Shown in pieces: positions 58,899 to 64,000 of a stretch of DNA of 64,000 bases; the stretch's first letter is position 1; every line of letters starts with the position of its first letter. Below the pieces are notes generated by a model. That model was not told the origin of the DNA. It did not search any database and saw only the letters and a list, made by a program, of their open reading frames with translations. The translations under genes and the position numbers were made by a program. The stretch is from the human T2T-CHM13v2.0 reference genome, Homo sapiens, in assembly GCF_009914755.1 (NCBI RefSeq), contig NC_060933.1. The stretch is one strand, 5' to 3'.

Positions 58899-59234
58899 TG
58901 ATAGGGTTTGGCTGTGTCCCCACCCAAATCTCATCTTGAACTGTAGCTCCCATAATCCCCACGTGTCATGGGAGGGACCAGGTGGGAGGTAATTGAATCA
59001 TGGGGGTGGGTTTTTCCTGTGCAGTCTTGTGGTAGTGAATAAGTCTCATGAGATCTGATGTTTTTATAAAGGGCACTTCCCCTGCACATGCTTTCTTGCC
59101 TGCTGCCATGTAAGACATGTGTTTGCTCCTCCCTCGCCTTCCACCATTATTGTGAGTCCATTAAACCTCTTTTCCGCTATAAATTACCCAGTCTTTGGTA
59201 ATTCTTCATAGCAGTATGAAAATGGACTAATACA
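58899..59234 (+). mobile_element. THE1-family solo LTR
   Basis: tgatagggtttggctgtgtccccacccaaatctcatcttgaa...aatggactaataca; TSD gtgtt/gtatt. Confidence 0.9.
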
Positions 59235-59839
59235 GTATTGATTTCCCCCAACCTCTTCTACACTCTTCTGTCTGAGCTCAATTGTAGCTATAAATGGATA
59301 CATGCTGCCAGGATCTGCTCTTGGGAATTTTTCTGGTAAAGAAAGAAGGAAGTTTTTTGTTCCTTTTCCCAGATTCCAGGACCCAGGTGATATCTTCATT
59401 GGCTGGTGGTCCTGAGACACACTAGAGCTTCTTTGCAGGTCTGGGTTTAGCTCAAGGGGGGTGATGAGAGACCAGTTACTTAATACTTAGCAGCATCCCC
59501 ATTGTTGGCAAGTTACAGATGGTTCCTTTGCTGCCGTTGGTCCTGTTGGGTAGAGGTGGAATCCCTGCATAGCAGTGTTGTTGAGACCCTCTCAGGATGT
59601 CAACATGCATCAGCATTCAGCCCCAGGGATAGTTGAGTCTGGGGTACACTTTAGGTAACATAGTGCAAAATAAGCATACTTTTCAAACTATAGACATCTG
59701 AAAGACATATTTGAATTTAAATAAACTAGTATTCTAAAATAACCATTAAGTACCTTGGTGCATTCATTCAGTGGATATTTATTGAGAGCCTACCAAATGC
59801 ATAATTTGTTTTTTTTCATGGTACAGTTTTAAAATATAA

Positions 59840-60540
59840 ATATATAGTATCTTTATTGATATATAATTCATATACCAGATGGTTCTCTCATTTAAAGGGC
59901 ACACTTCAACAGTTTCTAGTATATTTACAGAATTGTGCAGTTATCACCACAACCAATTCAGAACACTTTCATCACCCCAGAAAAGAAATGTTGTGCTCTT
60001 TAGCTGTCATCTTCCTCCCAACATCCCTCCAACCCACAGCCCCTGGCAACCCCTGATCTTTCTGTCTCTATGGATTCGCCTATTTGGGACATTTTGTATA
60101 AATGGAATCATATAATACAAGGTCCTTTATGACTAGCTTCTTTCACTTATTGTAATATTTTCAGGGTTCATCCACTTTGTACCATATATCAGTACTTATT
60201 CCTTTTATTACCAAGTAATATTCTATCACGTGGATGTACCACAGTTTGTTTATCCATCCATTTGCTGTTGGATGTGTGAGGTATTTCCACTTTTTGACTA
60301 TAATGCTGCTGTGGACATCCATCTACAAGTTTTTGTGCAGAGATAGGTTTTCAATTCTCCTGGGTACATACTTAGGAGCGGAATTGCTGGGTCAAATGGT
60401 ATCTCTATGTTTAACCCTTAAAGGAACTGCCATATGGTCTTCGTAAGCAATTGCACCACTTGACATTCCTGCCAACAGTATATGAGGGTTCCAGTTTCTC
60501 CACACCTTTGCTAACCCTTGTTATTATGTCTTTGTGATTT
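59840..60540 (-). mobile_element. L1MB-like 3' end
   Basis: ctttattgatatataattcatatacca...cccctggcaacc...gaattgctgggtcaaatgg. Confidence 0.8.
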
Positions 60541-61011
60541 AAAAATACTGTTATTTTAAAACAACCTACTATATTATGGATTATTTTTAAATTAAGATAG
60601 AAGGAGATTTGATTTCTATAAGGAGAAACAGAACTATATCTCTCTGTTAGCAAAGCTCAGAGGAGACATAATACTGCCAAGTGTCTGCTTCCTACAGGAG
60701 GCAGGTTGTTGTGGTTCTCTTCAGTATTCTCTTGTGTTGGAGTCAGATAGACACAGGATTGAAAGCTGGCCTTGTCACTGCCTAGATTTGTGATTTTAGG
60801 CATATTATTTAACTTCTTTGAACCTCATCTTGAGGGGAGGAGCTAGTGATAATTATCACACATGCATCATGGGGAAAGTTTGAAGAGAAAGTCATGTGAA
60901 GCCTCAGGTACAGCGGCAAGTACCTAATTGATGCTCAAGAAATATCAGTTCCCTCCCCTTGACCAGAATCCTTAATTTGATTGAATATCAGTTCAAGAAA
61001 AGGATACAACT

Positions 61012-61040
61012 ATTCTCTCTCTCTCTCTCTCTGTGTCACA

Positions 61041-61082
<42 letters not shown>
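61012..61082. repeat. Compound (TC)n-(CA)n microsatellite
   Basis: Direct reading. Confidence 0.9.
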
Positions 61083-61084
<2 letters not shown>

Positions 61085-63007
61085 TCAGGTGTATATTTTT
61101 AAAAGTAATAATCAGTGTGCCCTAGGGTTAGAAAACCCTCACCCAACTCTTCTATTTATTCTATTTTAAAAGTACTTTGCAGTAAAATTTGAGGCTCAGA
61201 TTGATGATCCCAAGGTAGTGGGAGATTCCCAGTTGTCTCTTGTTTGGGTTAAATTCTACTTACTTAAAAAAAAAGTAGATAGCAGAAATAATTTTCAACA
61301 ATGAATTGTTAAAATTTGTGCTGTTCCCGTTTTATACAGAAATTCTCTTCAAGAGCAGCTTTCTGCTCCAGAGCACCCAAGGCAACCTTGGTGCCACTGT
61401 AAATCGTGTGAGCAATGGTTGGGTGTGCAGGCTTGAAGTCAGAAAGTTTTGGGTTTGAGCCTCAACTCTGCCACCTCCTTGCTGGGTTATCTTAGGCAAG
61501 CTATTCAACCCCCCTACACCTGCATTTTTAAAATCTGTGAAATAGGAATAATAATTGTGGCTGTCTCATATAAGCGTTTGGGAGAATTAAGTGAGATGAC
61601 ACTTATAAAATCCTGGCACATAACAAATGATAACAATTGGTTAAATAAAATTATTTATGTTTTAAAAAAAGCATCCTTGGGAAAGACTGTAGCATTGAAT
61701 GAACCAGATATGATAAGAAAAGCAGAAAAAAAACACACAATTTTGCAGTGTCACATAAAGATTTGAGAAGGCCCCTTCAGTTTCTAAGTCATCTGGGAAT
61801 TGATTCAAACTCATATTTCTCCCCCTCTCCCATCCCCCAGCACACACACTCTGCTTTAGAAAGCGAAAGGTTTTTTAAGGCAGCTTGGTCTCCTTTATGT
61901 CCTTGACCTGAGGTCAGAGTCAGGAAATAAACCATGGAAAAAAATCCTGTTTCACATACATCTCCAGAGATAAAGTAGAAATGCTTCTCCATCCAAAATG
62001 AAATTAAAATCCTGTTCTGGTGATAACCACCCCACTACTGCCAACCCTGCTGCTGTGGAAACGTTCAGTGAAGGCTATCCTGCCTGGCTTTATGGGACCA
62101 TTCAAGGAGCAAGAAGGAAACCCTGAAGTTCTCAACCCCTGACATGATTTCCCAGGGACCTCCCTGGCCTCAATGTGGCATGTTTGGTTTCATGGGATTT
62201 ACTATGGCTGCCTCCAAGTGTCTGATGCATGTGTGACCTCGGATGCCAAGAGAAAAATTGATGTGTGCTTTCCACTATACAGGGCCCAAGAGAGACTCTG
62301 TTTGATTTAGAAAGCATTTTCATGAGGCATGGTTCAACAACTGCAGTTCTTCCTTCTATCTTCATGAGGATATGTCACTATTTTCAAGTGAAATCTAGTC
62401 ACATGAAGGACTGACTGATGCTATTTTCTTCAAATATAAGTGGAAAAAAATAAGCCTATAGCTACAATGAGAATAGGGGAGCACTTTGATCAAATGGCTA
62501 AGTAGTTAAAGGAGTTCCCAGTTTATACCTTCTAAAAAGATAGGACAGAGAGGAGTTGTGTGATTCATGTGGGTTGCAGGGTGAGCCACTCTTTCTTCAG
62601 GGGCGACTTCATTGTGCAAACATCGAGGGTTTCCATCCATCATGCTAGGTGAGCTCTTTCTTCCCTTCACCATCGATACCCTAAAGAATATTATCAAGAT
62701 TGTCTCTTACTATGATCTTTTCTCCATCTCTAACATGTGGCCTAAGTCCTGGAATCTCCACTCAGTGCCACAGTTGTGAGACTCCCCCAGCTCTGATAGA
62801 AGGAATACTCCAATCCTGGTATTGTGAGTGAAGGACAGTGTGACAGAAATGGCTCCACATTGAGAGACAGCATATTTCCACTATGGTGGGTATCAATCCA
62901 GAACCATGACCTATATTTTGAAAACTGGATTTGAAATGAGAAACCTTGACACTTCAGGAGCAAAATTTAAGCAACTGAGTCTCTTTTTATGACTCATCCT
63001 AATCCTA

Positions 63008-63312
63008 TGTTGTTGTTGTTGTTGTTGTTGTTTTCTTTTTTCTTTTTCTTTTCTTTTTTTTTTTTTTTAGACAGAGTCTGGCTCTGTCGCCCAGGCTGGA
63101 GTGCAGTGGTGTGATCTTGGCTCACTGTGACCTCTGCTCCCGGGTTCAAGCGATTCTTGTGCCTCAGCCTCCTGAGTAGCTGGGGCTACAGGCGTGCACC
63201 ACCACGCCCAGCTAATTTTTTTATACCCTTAGTAGAGACAGGGTTTTACCATGTTGGCCAGTCTGATCTCAAACTCCTGACCTCAAGTGATCCGCCCACC
63301 TCGGCCTCCCAA
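63008..63312 (-). mobile_element. Alu (AluS), antisense, 5'-truncated, (GTT)n in tail
   Basis: ttttagacagagtctggctctgtcgccc...tcggcctcccaa. Confidence 0.92.
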
Positions 63313-63904
63313 ACCAACTCCTATATTTCTAACAAGCTCAAAAATCATGAAACTCTTCCAGTGCTGAAGTCATTTGCAAGTCACAGTTCAGCTGATGGTT
63401 AAAAAGCTGATGTAAATAAATGCATACCAGTTAGGTGATGTGGAAAACCAAATCCAATTTGATTATGTCAGGCTAACTCTGAGCTGATTAATACCTCTTC
63501 AAGTTAAGCAGGCTATGTGGAAACATTTTGATGTTGTCCTTAACCTGGAAAAAAAGAACCGTTTGAATTTAGTTCAGAGAAAAAGCACACTTTGAAGACT
63601 GATTTTGAAGTCAGTTTTCTTTTAGCGTTGTTATTTTAATTTGCAAGAAGGTGTCTGCTCTTTTTAATTTCAGTGTTTAGAAATAGTAAATTGGCAATCT
63701 CAAAGTCACATTTTATTTCCAGCATGTGGTGTTTTAATATGTACCTCGATGCAACAAACCCCTGGTCAGCAAATATGAAGCAGCTCACTAAGGTGTTGTC
63801 CCCAGCACTGTATAAAAGCAACTGAATCATATCAACTGGAGAATCTGAAGCTTTAAGATTGAGTTCTTCTCTCTTCAGAGTTAGCTAGTCAAATTTCAGC
63901 TTCA

Positions 63905-64000
63905 ACTTTTTGTTTTTGTTTTTTGTTGTTGTTTTGTTTTTTGTTTTTTGAGACGGAGTCTCGCTCTGTCACCAGGCTGGAGTGCAGTGGCATGATCTTG
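63905..64000 (-). mobile_element. Alu, antisense, runs off the window
   Basis: tttgagacggagtctcgctctgtcaccaggctggagtgcagtgg. Confidence 0.9.

Overview
Primate (almost certainly human, given an AluYa5) genomic DNA from inside the PGM5 (phosphoglucomutase-like 5 / aciculin) gene on the + strand. Three GT-AG coding exons (38678-38793, 53003-53138, 57451-57634; most likely exons 7-9) splice in frame into a continuous PGM1-family peptide ([52 protein letters not shown]...HYYC-RFDYEGLDP...TVTKKQ). The rest is intron, dense with Alu, L1, L2, MIR, MaLR/ERVL LTR and DNA-transposon relics; the supplied ORFs are nearly all repeat-derived noise. The most unusual signals are three independent locally templated insertion scars with donors about 1.0-1.4 kb away: a 289-bp circularly permuted near-identical copy, an 86-bp inverted copy inside an L1, and a TA-rich patchwork with inverted copies and a 26-bp palindrome replacing an Alu tail. 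Also notable: a paired-CArG + MCAT candidate smooth-muscle enhancer, a TEAD/E-box cluster, an L1-derived candidate truncating terminal exon, a young AluYa5 100 bp after an exon, and a stop-free 252-nt two-exon module flanked by inverted Alus. Repeat subfamily names and exon numbers come from my recall of consensus sequences, not from a search; repeat boundaries are approximate.
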